Notes under the pieces: generated by a model
The model's input: only the letters and a program-made list of their open reading frames with translations
What the model was told of the DNA's origin: nothing
Database searches by the model: none
Assembly: GCA_031459625.1 (NCBI GenBank)
Contig: JAVKIH010000007.1
Coordinates: 11,800 to 75,799, forward strand
Source of the DNA: Candidatus Geohabitans tengchongensis
GTDB lineage: Bacteria; Sysuimicrobiota; Sysuimicrobiia; Sysuimicrobiales; Humicultoraceae
DNA length: 64,000 nt
Direction: 5' to 3'
Position numbers and translations under genes: made by a program
Shown: in pieces, positions 1-11,067 of the stretch
Layout of the letters: the number at the start of each line of letters is the position of its first letter
How positions within the stretch are numbered: position 1 is the first letter of the stretch

Positions 1-1
1 G

Positions 2-286
2 CACCACCTGGAGGGGCTGCTGCTGGCCGACCGCGGCAAGGCGGCCGAGGACCTGGTCCGCGGCCGGTTCGACCGGGAGGGGGCGCTGCCCAGCTCGCCG
101 TCCGGCGGGCTGCTGGGGGTGGGGAACCCGATCGCCGCCGCCGGGCTCATGAAGGTCTGCGAGATCTTCTGGCAGCTGCGCGGGGAGGCGGGCCCGCGCC
201 AGGTGCCCAACGCCCCCAGGCGCGGTCTGGCGCAGGCCTGGGGGGACCTGATGCAGATCGGCACCGTGGTCGTCCTGGGCGTCTAG
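2..286 (+). CDS. Thiolase-family protein, C-terminal fragment (gene starts before window)
   Basis: Frame 2 reads ...GRFDREGALPSSPSGGLLGVGNPIAAAGLMKVCEIFWQLRGEAGPRQV...*, typical of SCP2/archaeal-type thiolase C-termini; followed by DUF35 genes. Confidence 0.85.
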   Translation, partial: HHLEGLLLADRGKAAEDLVRGRFDREGALPSSPSGGLLGVGNPIAAAGLMKVCEIFWQLRGEAGPRQVPNAPRRGLAQAWGDLMQIGTVVVLGV

Positions 287-351
287 CCCCCGGGGCGCTC
301 GACCCGCCAGGCCCGGGGGCGGATCGGTGCCGGTGCGGACGAGGTGAGGTA

Positions 352-1017
352 ATGGCACGGTCACGACCCACAGCGCACCGCGCCCGGAGGGCGGCCGGGC
401 GGGCCACGGCTCCCGCGCGCCCGGCGGCCCCGCGGGAACGCGCACCCGAGGCGCGGGAGCTCCCCGACGCGGCGTTGAAAGGCGGCGTCCCCGCCGAAGC
501 CCGCGGCCTGCGCGGGACGCCGCTGTCCGAAGCGCAGGTGCAGGAGGGGCGGGTCAGCCTAGAGCACTGGGACCCGCGCCTGCTCTACCGCTGGGACGCC
601 GGTGTGGCGGTCAGCCGCTTCCTGGAGGGGCTGCGCGAGGGGCGCATCCTGGGCGTGCGATGCGACCGGTGCCGGCGCACCGTCACCCCGCCGCGGGCGT
701 TCTGCGAGTGGTGCTTCCGCCCGATGGACGCCTGGGTGGAGCTGCCGGACACCGGCACGGTGAACACCTTCTCCATCTGCACCATCACCTGGGACCTCCG
801 GCGGCTCGAGGTCCCGCAGGTCCCGGCGGTCATCGAGATCGACGGCACGCAGCCGCGGGTGGGGTTCCTCCACCTGCTCGGGGACCTGGGCAGTACCACG
901 GTGGAGGGGATCCTGCAGCGGGTGCGGGTGGGGGCGCGGGTGCGCGCGGTGTGGCGGCCGGCGGAGGAGCGCACCGGCGCCATCACCGACATCCGGCACT
1001 TCGCGCTGGTGGAGTAG
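352..1017 (+). CDS. DUF35 family Zn-ribbon/OB-fold protein
   Basis: CxxC..PPRAFCxxC, GTVNTFS, VRAVWRP..ERTGAITDI motifs; follows thiolase. Confidence 0.9.
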   Translation: MARSRPTAHRARRAAGRATAPARPAAPRERAPEARELPDAALKGGVPAEARGLRGTPLSEAQVQEGRVSLEHWDPRLLYRWDAGVAVSRFLEGLREGRILGVRCDRCRRTVTPPRAFCEWCFRPMDAWVELPDTGTVNTFSICTITWDLRRLEVPQVPAVIEIDGTQPRVGFLHLLGDLGSTTVEGILQRVRVGARVRAVWRPAEERTGAITDIRHFALVE

Positions 1018-1064
1018 CGCCGCCCCGCAGCGGGGCGGCGCAGCGGGCGGGAGGGACGCGGACC

Positions 1065-1532
1065 ATGGGGCTGAAGACCAAGCTCACCTCCGGGGAGGCG
1101 CTGCGGGCCTGGAGCGGGGCGATCCCCGTGGCCTTTCGCTACACCGCCGGCGTGGCCGGCGAGCGCTTCTTCGACGTGCTGCGCCGCCGCGGGCGCCTGA
1201 GCGTCACCCGCTGCCCCGAGTGCGGCACGACCTACCTCCCCCCGCGCCTGTACTGCCGCCAGTGCTTCGTCGACCTCTCGAGGTACTGGGACGAGGTGCC
1301 TCCGCGCGGCACCGTGCACACCTTCACCGTGGTCCGGCGCGACCGCCGGGGGCGGAGGCTCCCGCAGCCGCAGGTGTTCGGGGTCGTGGCCATCGACGGG
1401 ACCGACGGCTCGCTGCTGGTCCCGCTGGCCGGTCCGCCCGAGGCGGTGCGCATCGGGCAGAGGGTAGAGGCGGTCCTGCGCCCGACCCGCGAGCGCCGCG
1501 GCACCATCCGGGACATCCTCTACTTCCGGTGA
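1065..1532 (+). CDS. Second DUF35 family Zn-ribbon/OB-fold protein
   Basis: ATG at 1065 after GGAGGG; CPECG..PPRLYCRQC, GTVHTFT, ERRGTIRDI. Confidence 0.9.
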   Translation: MGLKTKLTSGEALRAWSGAIPVAFRYTAGVAGERFFDVLRRRGRLSVTRCPECGTTYLPPRLYCRQCFVDLSRYWDEVPPRGTVHTFTVVRRDRRGRRLPQPQVFGVVAIDGTDGSLLVPLAGPPEAVRIGQRVEAVLRPTRERRGTIRDILYFR

Positions 1533-1601
1533 CGCCCGCCGCGGCCGCGCCTCTGCGCAGGGGGTGACGCCGGCGACCGGGGCCTCGACCTCTCACCGCC
1601 G

Positions 1602-2429
1602 GTGACCCCGCCGGCCGGCGCGGCCCTGGCCGCCGCAGCGCTGGGTGTCGCCGGCGCCGTCGGCGTCTGGGCCCGGTACCGTCGCTTCCGCGCCGACGTC
1701 CTGGCCCGGCTGCGCACCACCCACCCGGACGTCCGCGTGGTGCGTGCCGTCCCCGGTGGCCTGGTGCTCGACCTCGCCGGCGTGCGAGTGCGCCTCGACC
1801 TGATCTCGCTCTTCCGGCTGACCCGCGGGCGCGGCGCGGAGGCGGCGGTCGATGACACGGTGGACCGCGTCCGCGCCACGCTCCCTCCGCCGCGGCCCGC
1901 CCCCCTCGCCCTGGTGCGCGATCGCCTCCTGCCGCTGCTCAAGCCGGCCGCCGTGGCGGAGACGCTGCGCCGCTACCCGCCGGCGTACCATCCGGTGACG
2001 CGGCCCTTCCCCGCGGGGCTGGTCGTCCTGTACGTGGTGGAGAGCCTCCATCAGGTCACCTACGTCACGGCCGCCATGACCGAAGCCTGGGGGATGGGCG
2101 CCGACGACCTGCACACCCTGGCCCTGGAGAACCTGCGCCGCCGCACCCGGCACGTCCTCGAGGAGATCGGCGGCCCACAGCGGACGTACGACCACCTCGA
2201 CGGGTTCGACGCCGCGCGCCTCCTGGTCCCGGACCTGATCGTCCCCGCGGAGATCGCCCGGCCGGTGATGGCCATCCCCGACGAGCACTGCCTCCTGGTG
2301 GGCGACGACAGCGAGCGCGACGCGCTGCGTGAGCGCGTTGCGGCGGCCTACGCCGGGGCCGATGCCCCGCTCACCCCCGTCCTCTTCCGCCCCGGGGACG
2401 CGCCGGATCGGCCGGTCGTGGTATCTTAG
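1602..2429 (+). CDS. DUF1444/YtpQ-like protein with N-terminal membrane anchor
   Basis: Hydrophobic N-terminus; 'W...LH.LALENL', 'DGFDAARLL', 'AIPDEHCLLV' resemble DUF1444. Confidence 0.6.
   Translation: MTPPAGAALAAAALGVAGAVGVWARYRRFRADVLARLRTTHPDVRVVRAVPGGLVLDLAGVRVRLDLISLFRLTRGRGAEAAVDDTVDRVRATLPPPRPAPLALVRDRLLPLLKPAAVAETLRRYPPAYHPVTRPFPAGLVVLYVVESLHQVTYVTAAMTEAWGMGADDLHTLALENLRRRTRHVLEEIGGPQRTYDHLDGFDAARLLVPDLIVPAEIARPVMAIPDEHCLLVGDDSERDALRERVAAAYAGADAPLTPVLFRPGDAPDRPVVVS
2419..2427 (+). promoter_or_regulatory. Putative extended -10 promoter
   Basis: TGgTATCTT fits TGnTAnnnT, upstream of structured leader and ORF 2543. Confidence 0.4.
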
Positions 2430-2542
2430 GAACAGTGCCAAATCCGGCTTCCAGGGCGCTCTGAGCGCCCTCCGGCCACCATCCGAACGCCATGGCACGG
2501 TCAGCAGCCCGGGGGGGCTGACGTCGCTACGGGAGGTGGAGG

Positions 2543-2797
2543 ATGAACGACGCGTGGGGACAGATCATCGGACTCAACGAACTGATGACCAAGGCCGGCC
2601 TCGATCCCCGTAACGAGAGCGATGTGGCGCGCACGCTGAACTGGCTTCGCAACCACAACGTGCCCTACGCGCTCATCGGGCGCGGCGGCGAGGGGCGGCA
2701 GCGCGGGATCCTGGTCGTGGCCGAGGACGTGGCCAACGCCATCCGCGGCGGCCGGCGGCGCCGGACCCGCGCCGGCGGCGAGGCGGCGATGCCCTGA
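2543..2797 (+). CDS. Small hypothetical protein (84 aa)
   Basis: GGAGG-type RBS before ATG; protein-like composition unlike shadow ORFs. Confidence 0.7.
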   Translation: MNDAWGQIIGLNELMTKAGLDPRNESDVARTLNWLRNHNVPYALIGRGGEGRQRGILVVAEDVANAIRGGRRRRTRAGGEAAMP

Positions 2798-2836
2798 CCG
2801 GCCTGCCCACCGGCACGCACCCCTGGGCCGACCGGT

Positions 2837-3709
2837 TCATCCTGTCCCGCCGGGTGGCGGCTCGTACTCGTAGAACCCCCGTCCGGTCTTCCGCCCCAGG
2901 TAGCCGGCCAGGACCATCCGCCTGAGCAGCGGCGGCGGCGCGTAGCGGGGGTCCCTGAACTCCTCGTACATGGCCTGGGCGATGTAGTAGGTGGTGTCCA
3001 GCCCGACGAAGTCCAGCAGGGTGAGCGGGCCCATGGGGTGGTTGAGGCCCAGGGTGACCGCGGTGTCGATGTCCTCACGCGAGGCCACCCCCAGCTCCAG
3101 CGCCCGCACCGCGTCCAGCAGGTAGGGCACCAGCAGCCGGTTGACGATGAAGCCGGGGGAGTCCTTCACCACCACCACCCGCTTGCCCAGGGTGGCCGCG
3201 AAGGCCTTCGCCGCCTCCACCGTCGCCTCGGCGGTGCGCAGGCCGCGCACGACCTCCACCAGCGGCATCACCGGCACCGGGTTGAAGAAGTGCATCCCCA
3301 CCACCCGCTCCGGGCGCCCGGTGGCCGCCGCCATCTCGGTGATGGAGAGCGAGGAGGTGTTGGAGGCGAACCAGGTGTGCGGCGGGCAGAGGCGGTCGAG
3401 CTCGCCGAAGACCGCCTTCTTCTCGGCCATCAGCTCGACCACCGCCTCGATGACGAGGTCGCACTCCCGCAGGTCGGCCAGGTCCACCGTGCCGCGGATG
3501 CGTTCCCGGGCGGCCCGGGCGGCGGCCTGGTCGAGCTTGCCGCGTTCCACCGCCCGGCCCAGCGAGGCGTCGATGCGCGCCAGCCCTCGCGCCAGCAGGT
3601 CCGCGGAGACCTCGCGCACCACCACCCGGTACCCCGCCCGGGCGCACGTCTCGGCGATCCCCGAGCCCATCAGGCCGCACCCCACCACCCCGACACGTTC
3701 GATCGCCAC
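2837..3709 (-). CDS. hbd: 3-hydroxybutyryl-CoA dehydrogenase
   Basis: GxGxMGxGIA Rossmann motif, ASNTSS, GMHFFNP, PGFIVNR, HPMGP, GRKTGRGFY. Confidence 0.93.
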   Translation of the reverse strand: MAIERVGVVGCGLMGSGIAETCARAGYRVVVREVSADLLARGLARIDASLGRAVERGKLDQAAARAARERIRGTVDLADLRECDLVIEAVVELMAEKKAVFGELDRLCPPHTWFASNTSSLSITEMAAATGRPERVVGMHFFNPVPVMPLVEVVRGLRTAEATVEAAKAFAATLGKRVVVVKDSPGFIVNRLLVPYLLDAVRALELGVASREDIDTAVTLGLNHPMGPLTLLDFVGLDTTYYIAQAMYEEFRDPRYAPPPLLRRMVLAGYLGRKTGRGFYEYEPPPGGTG

Positions 3710-3797
3710 GCCGGCCTCCTGTCTCCTCGTCTTTGCACCCGGCCGCGCGATCAGCGCACGATCAGCACGGAGCAGGGCGCCGTCCGCTGCCTGCGCC

Positions 3798-4343
3798 TTA
3801 CTTCTCTCCCGGCTCGGCTTTCCCCCGCTGCGACGCCTCCGCGACCACCTCGACGGTGGCCGAGGTGACGTCGTCTTCGCCCAGCACGTAGACCTGGTCG
3901 AACCCCTCCTGGGGGATGGTCATCAGCGCCCGCTGCAGCGCCTCCCACTGCCGGCGGATCACCGCCCGCCCCACCCGGCGCTCCCGCCGGGTGTCCAGGG
4001 CATACGCCCGCTCCTCGCTGACGTCGAAGACCACCAGCACCGCCGGCACCTGGTGGCGGCGGGCCAGGCGCAGGAGGTCGCGGCGGGCCTCCGCACGCAG
4101 CGCGGTGCTGTCCGCCACCGTCAGCCGGCAGTGGCGCAACCGCAGGTCGATGATGAAGTGGAAGAGCTCGAAGGCCTCGCGCGAGACCGAGATGTCCGCC
4201 TCGTCGTCGGCGATCATGGCCCGGCAGGCGTCGGAGGAGACGATCTGGGTGGGGCGGAAGTGGCGGCGGGCGAAGGTGGACTTGCCGCTGCCCGCCGGGC
4301 CGCACAGCACCACCAGCGACGGGTCGGGGATGAGGAGCTTCAC
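3798..4343 (-). CDS. Stand-alone P-loop kinase resembling the bacterial Pnkp polynucleotide-kinase domain (AAA_33)
   Basis: VKLLIPDPSLVVLCGPAGSGKSTFARRHF..IVSSD.CR..LTVADST..EGF..VYVL. Confidence 0.85.
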   Translation of the reverse strand: MKLLIPDPSLVVLCGPAGSGKSTFARRHFRPTQIVSSDACRAMIADDEADISVSREAFELFHFIIDLRLRHCRLTVADSTALRAEARRDLLRLARRHQVPAVLVVFDVSEERAYALDTRRERRVGRAVIRRQWEALQRALMTIPQEGFDQVYVLGEDDVTSATVEVVAEASQRGKAEPGEK

Positions 4344-4398
4344 GACCGGCGCCGCGGCCGGGGACGGCCGGTCCGGAACCGCGGCGGGGGGCAGGGCC

Positions 4399-5718
<1,320 letters not shown>

Positions 5719-5721
5719 CCC

Positions 5722-6726
5722 TCAGGGGCGGGCGGCGTCGCCGGCACCAGGGCGGCACCGCCGCAGGCGGAGGGAGCGGACGCGGTCGGCGACCGGCCGA
5801 GGGGTGCGGCGGAGGAGCGGTCGGCCCACGTACGCGCAGAGCAGGCCGGGCAGGTCCCCCGCCTCCACCAGGTAGCGCTCCGTGTCGGCGACGAAGCGCG
5901 CAAAGGCCGCCTCCGTCTCCGCCCTGGCCGGGCCGCCCTCGAGGGGCTCGATCAGGCGCCAGTGCAGATAGGGGTGCCAGGCCAGGTGCTCCTGCCGGAA
6001 GCGGGACCGGAGCGCCCGGTGCACCCGGGGCCAGGGGTGCAGCCGCATCCTGCCGGCGTACCTCGCCATCCACTCCTGCTGGAGGCGGGCCACCGCCTCA
6101 GCCGGCGAGCCGTCCGGGGGGAAGGGCGGCGGGAGCAGACCGGCCAGCTGCGCCGCCCGCCGCATCTGGTAGAGCCAGGCGGCGCAGCGCCGGTCGAAGC
6201 GGTCGTAGGCGAACTCCAGCGCCACCAGCCGCCCCCCGGGCCGCAGCACCCGCGCGATGGCCCGGAGCGCCGCGTCCAGGTCCGGGACGTGGTGCAGGAC
6301 GCGGCAGCAGAGCACGACGTCGAAGGGGGCCTGCACGCGCAGCGCCTCCAGGCGCAGGGCGGCCAGGTCGCCCGCCGCGTAGGTCAGCGGGCCGCGCCGC
6401 ACCGCCTGGGGGTCGGCGGCCGCCGTCCGGCGGGCCACGGCGATGCGCGCGCGGTCCCGGTCGATCCCCACCACGTGGTGGCCGCGGCGCGCCAGCTCCA
6501 GGGCGAACTGCCCCGTCCCGCACCCCGCGTCCAGCACCCGCTGCGGCGGGGCGCCCACCAGCGCGTCCACCAGGCGCCACAGGTCCCCGAAGGTGGGCGC
6601 CACCAGGTGGGGCGCGCGCCAGGCGGTGCCGGCGAGGTCGGGCCACTGTCGCGGCGCCTGCAGGTCGGCGGTGAAGTCCGGCGGGAAGGGCGTGTGCCCG
6701 TGCCCGGGGTGCGGGCGCGGGCGCAC
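5722..6726 (-). CDS. Class I SAM-dependent methyltransferase (start uncertain)
   Basis: VLDAGCGTG, FDVVLC..VLHH, LRPGGRL motifs. Confidence 0.8.
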   Translation of the reverse strand: MRPRPHPGHGHTPFPPDFTADLQAPRQWPDLAGTAWRAPHLVAPTFGDLWRLVDALVGAPPQRVLDAGCGTGQFALELARRGHHVVGIDRDRARIAVARRTAAADPQAVRRGPLTYAAGDLAALRLEALRVQAPFDVVLCCRVLHHVPDLDAALRAIARVLRPGGRLVALEFAYDRFDRRCAAWLYQMRRAAQLAGLLPPPFPPDGSPAEAVARLQQEWMARYAGRMRLHPWPRVHRALRSRFRQEHLAWHPYLHWRLIEPLEGGPARAETEAAFARFVADTERYLVEAGDLPGLLCAYVGRPLLRRTPRPVADRVRSLRLRRCRPGAGDAARP

Positions 6727-6770
6727 CGCGGCCCGATGGTCGGCGGCCCGACCGCGCGCGGTCAGGGAGC

Positions 6771-7613
6771 TCAGAGCGGCATCTCCCGCACGATCCGGCG
6801 GACCAGGCGGATGAACTTCGGCTCCACCTCCCGGGCCACGGCGATGACCTGCTCGTGGGTCACCGGTTCCACCACCTCCCCCGTGGCCATGTCGGTGATG
6901 GCGGTCAGGCCCAGCACCCGCATGCCCATCTGTCGGGCCGCGATGACCTCGGGCACCGTGGACATCCCCACGGCGTCGGCGCCCCACCGGGCCAGCATGC
7001 GCAGTTCCGCCGGCGTCTCGTAGGACGGCCCGGAGACCGCCACGTACACGCCGCGGCGCAGCAGGATCTGCTCCTCCACGGCCGCGCGCTCGGCCAGCTG
7101 CACCAGCGCCGGGTCGTAGGGTCGGGAGAGGTCGGGGAAGCGCGGGCCGAACGCCTCCTCGTGGGGACCGATGAGCGGGTTCGTGCCCATGGCGTTGATG
7201 TGGTCGGTGATGACCATGAGGTCCCCCGCCGCCCATTGCCGGTTGAGCCCGCCCGCCGCGTTGCTCACCAGCAGCGTGCCGGCGCCGAGCGCGCGCATCA
7301 CCCGGACGGGGAAGATCACCTCGCCCATGGTGTACCCTTCGTAGTAGTGGACGCGCCCCTGCATGGCCACGACGCGCTTCCCCTCCAGCGTCCCCAGCAC
7401 CAGGTGGCCGCTGTGGCCGGCCACGGTGCTGCGCGGGAAGTGGGGGATGTCGGCGTAGGGGATGGTGGCCTCGCGCTCGATCACGTCGGCCAGCGCGCCG
7501 AGCCCCGAGCCGAGGATGATGGCCAGGGCGGGCTGTGTGCGGCTGCGGCCGCGCACGCCGCGCACCGCCTCCTCGACGCGCGGCGCCCATGCCGGCCACT
7601 CCCGTGCGCTCAT
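6771..7613 (-). CDS. punA: Purine-nucleoside phosphorylase (trimeric family)
   Basis: [43 protein letters not shown] overlap with deoB. Confidence 0.95.
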   Translation of the reverse strand: MSAREWPAWAPRVEEAVRGVRGRSRTQPALAIILGSGLGALADVIEREATIPYADIPHFPRSTVAGHSGHLVLGTLEGKRVVAMQGRVHYYEGYTMGEVIFPVRVMRALGAGTLLVSNAAGGLNRQWAAGDLMVITDHINAMGTNPLIGPHEEAFGPRFPDLSRPYDPALVQLAERAAVEEQILLRRGVYVAVSGPSYETPAELRMLARWGADAVGMSTVPEVIAARQMGMRVLGLTAITDMATGEVVEPVTHEQVIAVAREVEPKFIRLVRRIVREMPL

Positions 7614-8791
7614 CGCCGTCCCTCCTCGCTGAAGGGTTCCCCCGGCCCGTCCCACGGCACGCCCAGGTGGCGGGCGACGGTGGCAGCCACGTCCGCAAAC
7701 GTTCGGCGCACGCCGAGATCGGTCCCTGCCGGCAGCCCCGGCCCCACCGCCAGCACCGGCACCAGCTCGCGGGAGTGGTCGGTGGAGGGTGTGGTGGGGT
7801 CGTTGCCGTGGTCGGCCGTCAGGATGAAGAGGTCCCCCGGCCGCAGCGCCGCCAGGACCGGGCCGAGGGCGGCGTCGATGCGCTCCAGCTGCCGGGCGTA
7901 CCCCTCGGGGTCGTTGCGGTGCCCGTAGAGGGTGTCGAGGTCGACGACGTTGGCGACGCAGCAGCCCGCCTCCAGCGAGCGGAGCGCCTCGGCCAGGCGG
8001 GCCAGGCCGTCCAGGTCGTCGTGGGTGGGGACGTGCCGGGTGATGCCGCGCCCGGCGAAGAGGTCCCACACCTTGCCCACCGCCCACACCGGGACCCCGC
8101 GCGCGGCCAGGGCGTCGAGCACCGTGGGCGCCACCGGCGCCAGGGAGAAGTCCCGCCGCCGATCGGTGCGGCGGAAGGCGCCCGGGGTCCCGACGAAGGG
8201 GCGCGCGATCACTCGGCTGACGGTATGCGGCCCCTGCAGGATTCCGCGGGCCACCTCGCACCACCGGTAGAGCGTCTCCACCGGGACGATGTCCTCGTGG
8301 GCGGCGATCTGGAAGACGCTGTCGGCGGAAGTGTAGACGATGGGCGCCCCGGTGCGCAGGTGCTCGGCGCCGAGCTCCTCGATGATGGCCGTGCCGGAGG
8401 CCGGCCGGTTGCCCAGCACCGGACGGCCGATGGCCGCCTCGACGGCGCGGATGACCTCGGCCGGGAAGCCGTCGGGATAGGTGGGGAAGGGGCGCTCCAG
8501 GATCACCCCCATGAGCTCCCAGTGGCCGGTGGTGGAGTCCTTCCCGGCGGAGCGCTCCTGCAGCCGGCCGAAGGCGGCGGCGGGGTGCGGCACCGGGGCC
8601 ACACCGCGCAGCGGCACGATGCGCCCCAGCCCCAGGCGCTCCAGGTGGGGCAGGCGGAGCGGACCGGCGACCTCGGCAACGTGGGGCAGCGTGGCGCTCC
8701 CCTCGTCCCCGTAGGCGGCGGCGTCCGGCGCCCCGCCCACGCCCGCGCTGTCCAGCACGAGGACCACTGCGCGGCCGGTCGTCGGGACCAT
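7610..8791 (-). CDS. deoB: Phosphopentomutase
   Basis: [51 protein letters not shown]. Confidence 0.96.
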   Translation of the reverse strand: MVPTTGRAVVLVLDSAGVGGAPDAAAYGDEGSATLPHVAEVAGPLRLPHLERLGLGRIVPLRGVAPVPHPAAAFGRLQERSAGKDSTTGHWELMGVILERPFPTYPDGFPAEVIRAVEAAIGRPVLGNRPASGTAIIEELGAEHLRTGAPIVYTSADSVFQIAAHEDIVPVETLYRWCEVARGILQGPHTVSRVIARPFVGTPGAFRRTDRRRDFSLAPVAPTVLDALAARGVPVWAVGKVWDLFAGRGITRHVPTHDDLDGLARLAEALRSLEAGCCVANVVDLDTLYGHRNDPEGYARQLERIDAALGPVLAALRPGDLFILTADHGNDPTTPSTDHSRELVPVLAVGPGLPAGTDLGVRRTFADVAATVARHLGVPWDGPGEPFSEEGRR

Positions 8792-8808
8792 ACCCGCAGG
8801 ACGAGGCC

Positions 8809-9219
8809 TCAGACCCCTAGCCAGTCTGGAGGCGTGCGGGCGCCTGCACGCTGGACCAGTTCCTTGTCCCAGGAGACGAGCGGGGCAGCGAGGACCTCCG
8901 CCGTCGCGACGTAGAGGGCATCCGCTGCCCGCAACAGGCGCTCGGTCCCCACGTCCCGGGCACGCGAAAGTAGCGATGAGTCTACGGGGTGCACCTGCAA
9001 CGTGGGATGGGTGCGCAGGCGCCGGGCGGCTGCACGACCGACCGCCCCGTTCTGTGCCCGCCTGGCCAGGGCACAGGCCACCTCCAGGAGCAGCAGGGCA
9101 GGGGCATGGAGCGCCAGCTGACGCTCCCCGACGATGTGGAGAAACCGGCGGCTCTCCTGGTGGAAGCGGTCGCCCGGATCGAAGGAGGCGACCCAGACAC
9201 TGGCGTCAACGGTGAGCAC
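8809..9219 (-). CDS. vapC: PIN-domain (VapC-like) toxin
   Basis: VDASVWV..E..DALYVA..LVSWD acidic PIN pattern; directly downstream of small antitoxin. Confidence 0.85.
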   Translation of the reverse strand: MLTVDASVWVASFDPGDRFHQESRRFLHIVGERQLALHAPALLLLEVACALARRAQNGAVGRAAARRLRTHPTLQVHPVDSSLLSRARDVGTERLLRAADALYVATAEVLAAPLVSWDKELVQRAGARTPPDWLGV

Positions 9220-9222
9220 GCG

Positions 9223-9483
9223 CTACTCGAGCCGCCGGCGGTCTGCTGCCAACACCTCCGACGCTGTCGGACCGGGAGGCGCGTGGCGTAGCGACTCCTC
9301 TCCCAGGCGGATCCACGCCGCCAGCCACTCCTCGGACGACGTCTGGCGCGGCTCCGGCGGCTCCTCCGCCAACCACCGCTGGTAAAGCTCCATCGTCACG
9401 TCCCGGACGTGCTTACCGAGGAGCGCGCTCTTGGCTTTGACCCTCCGGTACAGTTCCTCGGGGATTTCAATGGTCACCTTCAT
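9223..9483 (-). CDS. Ribbon-helix-helix antitoxin (VapB-like)
   Basis: MKVTIEIPEELYRRVKAKSA RHH-like N-terminus; 3 bp upstream of PIN gene. Confidence 0.8.
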   Translation of the reverse strand: MKVTIEIPEELYRRVKAKSALLGKHVRDVTMELYQRWLAEEPPEPRQTSSEEWLAAWIRLGEESLRHAPPGPTASEVLAADRRRLE

Positions 9484-9486
9484 ACA

Positions 9487-9502
9487 GTAAACCAGTTTAC
9501 CA
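9487..9502 (-). promoter_or_regulatory. Extended -10 overlapping palindromic operator of TA operon
   Basis: Minus strand TGgTAAACT; inverted repeat GTAAAC-ca-GTTTAC at 9487-9500. Confidence 0.6.
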
Positions 9503-9528
9503 GGTCCCCGTATACCTGTCGAACCAGC

Positions 9529-10095
9529 CTATACGCCCAGCCGTCGTGCCGTCAGCAGCAGCGAGGCCACCGACTTGGCGTCGCGGATCTCCCCGGCTAC
9601 GACCCGCGCCACCGCCTCCGCCAGGGGCAGGCGGACCAGCGTGAGGTCCTCTTCTGCCGTCCCCTGCGGCGTGCCCAGGTGGAGGCCGGTGGCCAGGAAG
9701 CAGTGCAGCACTTCAGTGAGGACGCCAGGGGAGGGGTAGAGCGTCGCCAGCGGCTCGAAGCGCTCAGCCGTGGCCCCCGCCTCCTCGGTCAGCTCGCGGC
9801 GGGCGCAGTCGAGCGGGGACTCGCCCGGCTCCAGCGTCCCGGCGGGGACCTCGAGCAGCGTCGCCCCCACGCTGTAGCGGTACTGGCGCACCAGCAGGAC
9901 CTCGCCCTCGGCGGTGAGCGGCACCACCACCGCGGCCCCGGGGTGGTCCACCACTTCGCGCACCGCCGTGCGGCCGTCGGGCAGGCGGACCTCGTCCACG
10001 CGCAGGCCGATCACCCGCCCCTGGAAGACGCGGCGGCTGCGCACCGGGACCTCCGGCGCCGCGGGCCCATCAGGGGCGTCGCCGGCGGGCGGCAT
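9529..10095 (-). CDS. nudF: NUDIX hydrolase, ADP-ribose pyrophosphatase family
   Basis: REVVDHPGA, VRQYRY, Nudix box AGTLEPGESPLDCARRELTEEAG, IRDAKS. Confidence 0.88.
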   Translation of the reverse strand: MPPAGDAPDGPAAPEVPVRSRRVFQGRVIGLRVDEVRLPDGRTAVREVVDHPGAAVVVPLTAEGEVLLVRQYRYSVGATLLEVPAGTLEPGESPLDCARRELTEEAGATAERFEPLATLYPSPGVLTEVLHCFLATGLHLGTPQGTAEEDLTLVRLPLAEAVARVVAGEIRDAKSVASLLLTARRLGV

Positions 10096-10096
10096 G

Positions 10097-11005
10097 TCAG
10101 GAGGCCGGGGAGACGGCGGCCTGGGTCGGCTCGGGGTAGATCGGGGTCCCTTCCCGCTGCACCAGCGCGCGGAAGGCCTCCATCAGCTGGCGGGTGATGG
10201 GGCCGGGGCGGCCGTCGCCGATGGGACGGCCGTCCACCTCGACCACCGGCCCCACCTCCGCCCCCGTCCCGGTGAGGAAGGCCTCGTCGGCGGTGTAGAG
10301 GTCGTGGAGCGTGAAGACCCGCTCCAGCGCGGGCAGGCCGGCCTCCCGCGCCAGGTCCAGGACGGCGTCGCGGGTGACGCCCTGGAGGATGCCGAGGTAC
10401 GGCGGGGGCGTCCAGATCTCGCCCCGCCGGACGATGAAGATGTTGTCGGCGCTGCACTCGCAGACGTAGCCGTCGTGGGAGAGCATGATGGCTTCGTCCA
10501 CGTCCGCCTGGTTGGCCTCGATGCGCGCCAGGATGTTGTTCAGGTAGTTGAGGGACTTGATGCGCGGGTTCAGCATGTCGGGGCGGATCTTGCGCGTCCG
10601 GGCGGTGACGGCGCGCAGCCCGCGCTCGTAGGCCTGCGGCGGGTAGAGCTGGATGGCGTCGACGATGATGACCACCGTGGCCCCGCGGCACTTGCGCGGG
10701 TCGAGCCCCAGGTCGCCCACGCCGCGCGCGACGATGGGCCGGATGTAGGCGTCCCGGAGGCCGTTGCGGCGCACCGTCTCCAGGATGGCCTCCCGCATCG
10801 CCTCCCGGCTGAGCGGGATCTCCAGCAGCAGGGCGCGGGCGGAGTCGTAGAGGCGGTCGAGGTGCTGCTCCAGCCGGAAGATCCGGCCCTGGTAGGCGCG
10901 GATCCCCTCGAAGACGCCGTCCCCGTAGAGGAAGCCGTGGTCGAAGACGGAGATGCGCGCCTCCTCCCGCGGCACGAAGCGTCCGTTCAGGTAGACCTGC
11001 TGCAT
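10097..11005 (-). CDS. ilvE: Branched-chain amino acid aminotransferase
   Basis: ISVFDHGFLYGDGVFEGIR, KSLNYLNN, ILQGVTR, DEAFLTGTGAE. Confidence 0.95.
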   Translation of the reverse strand: MQQVYLNGRFVPREEARISVFDHGFLYGDGVFEGIRAYQGRIFRLEQHLDRLYDSARALLLEIPLSREAMREAILETVRRNGLRDAYIRPIVARGVGDLGLDPRKCRGATVVIIVDAIQLYPPQAYERGLRAVTARTRKIRPDMLNPRIKSLNYLNNILARIEANQADVDEAIMLSHDGYVCECSADNIFIVRRGEIWTPPPYLGILQGVTRDAVLDLAREAGLPALERVFTLHDLYTADEAFLTGTGAEVGPVVEVDGRPIGDGRPGPITRQLMEAFRALVQREGTPIYPEPTQAAVSPAS

Positions 11006-11067
11006 CGGCGTCACCTCGTTCGTCCCCGGCCGGCCGCCGCAGCCGTCGGCCCCGGGGCGGTGTGGGG

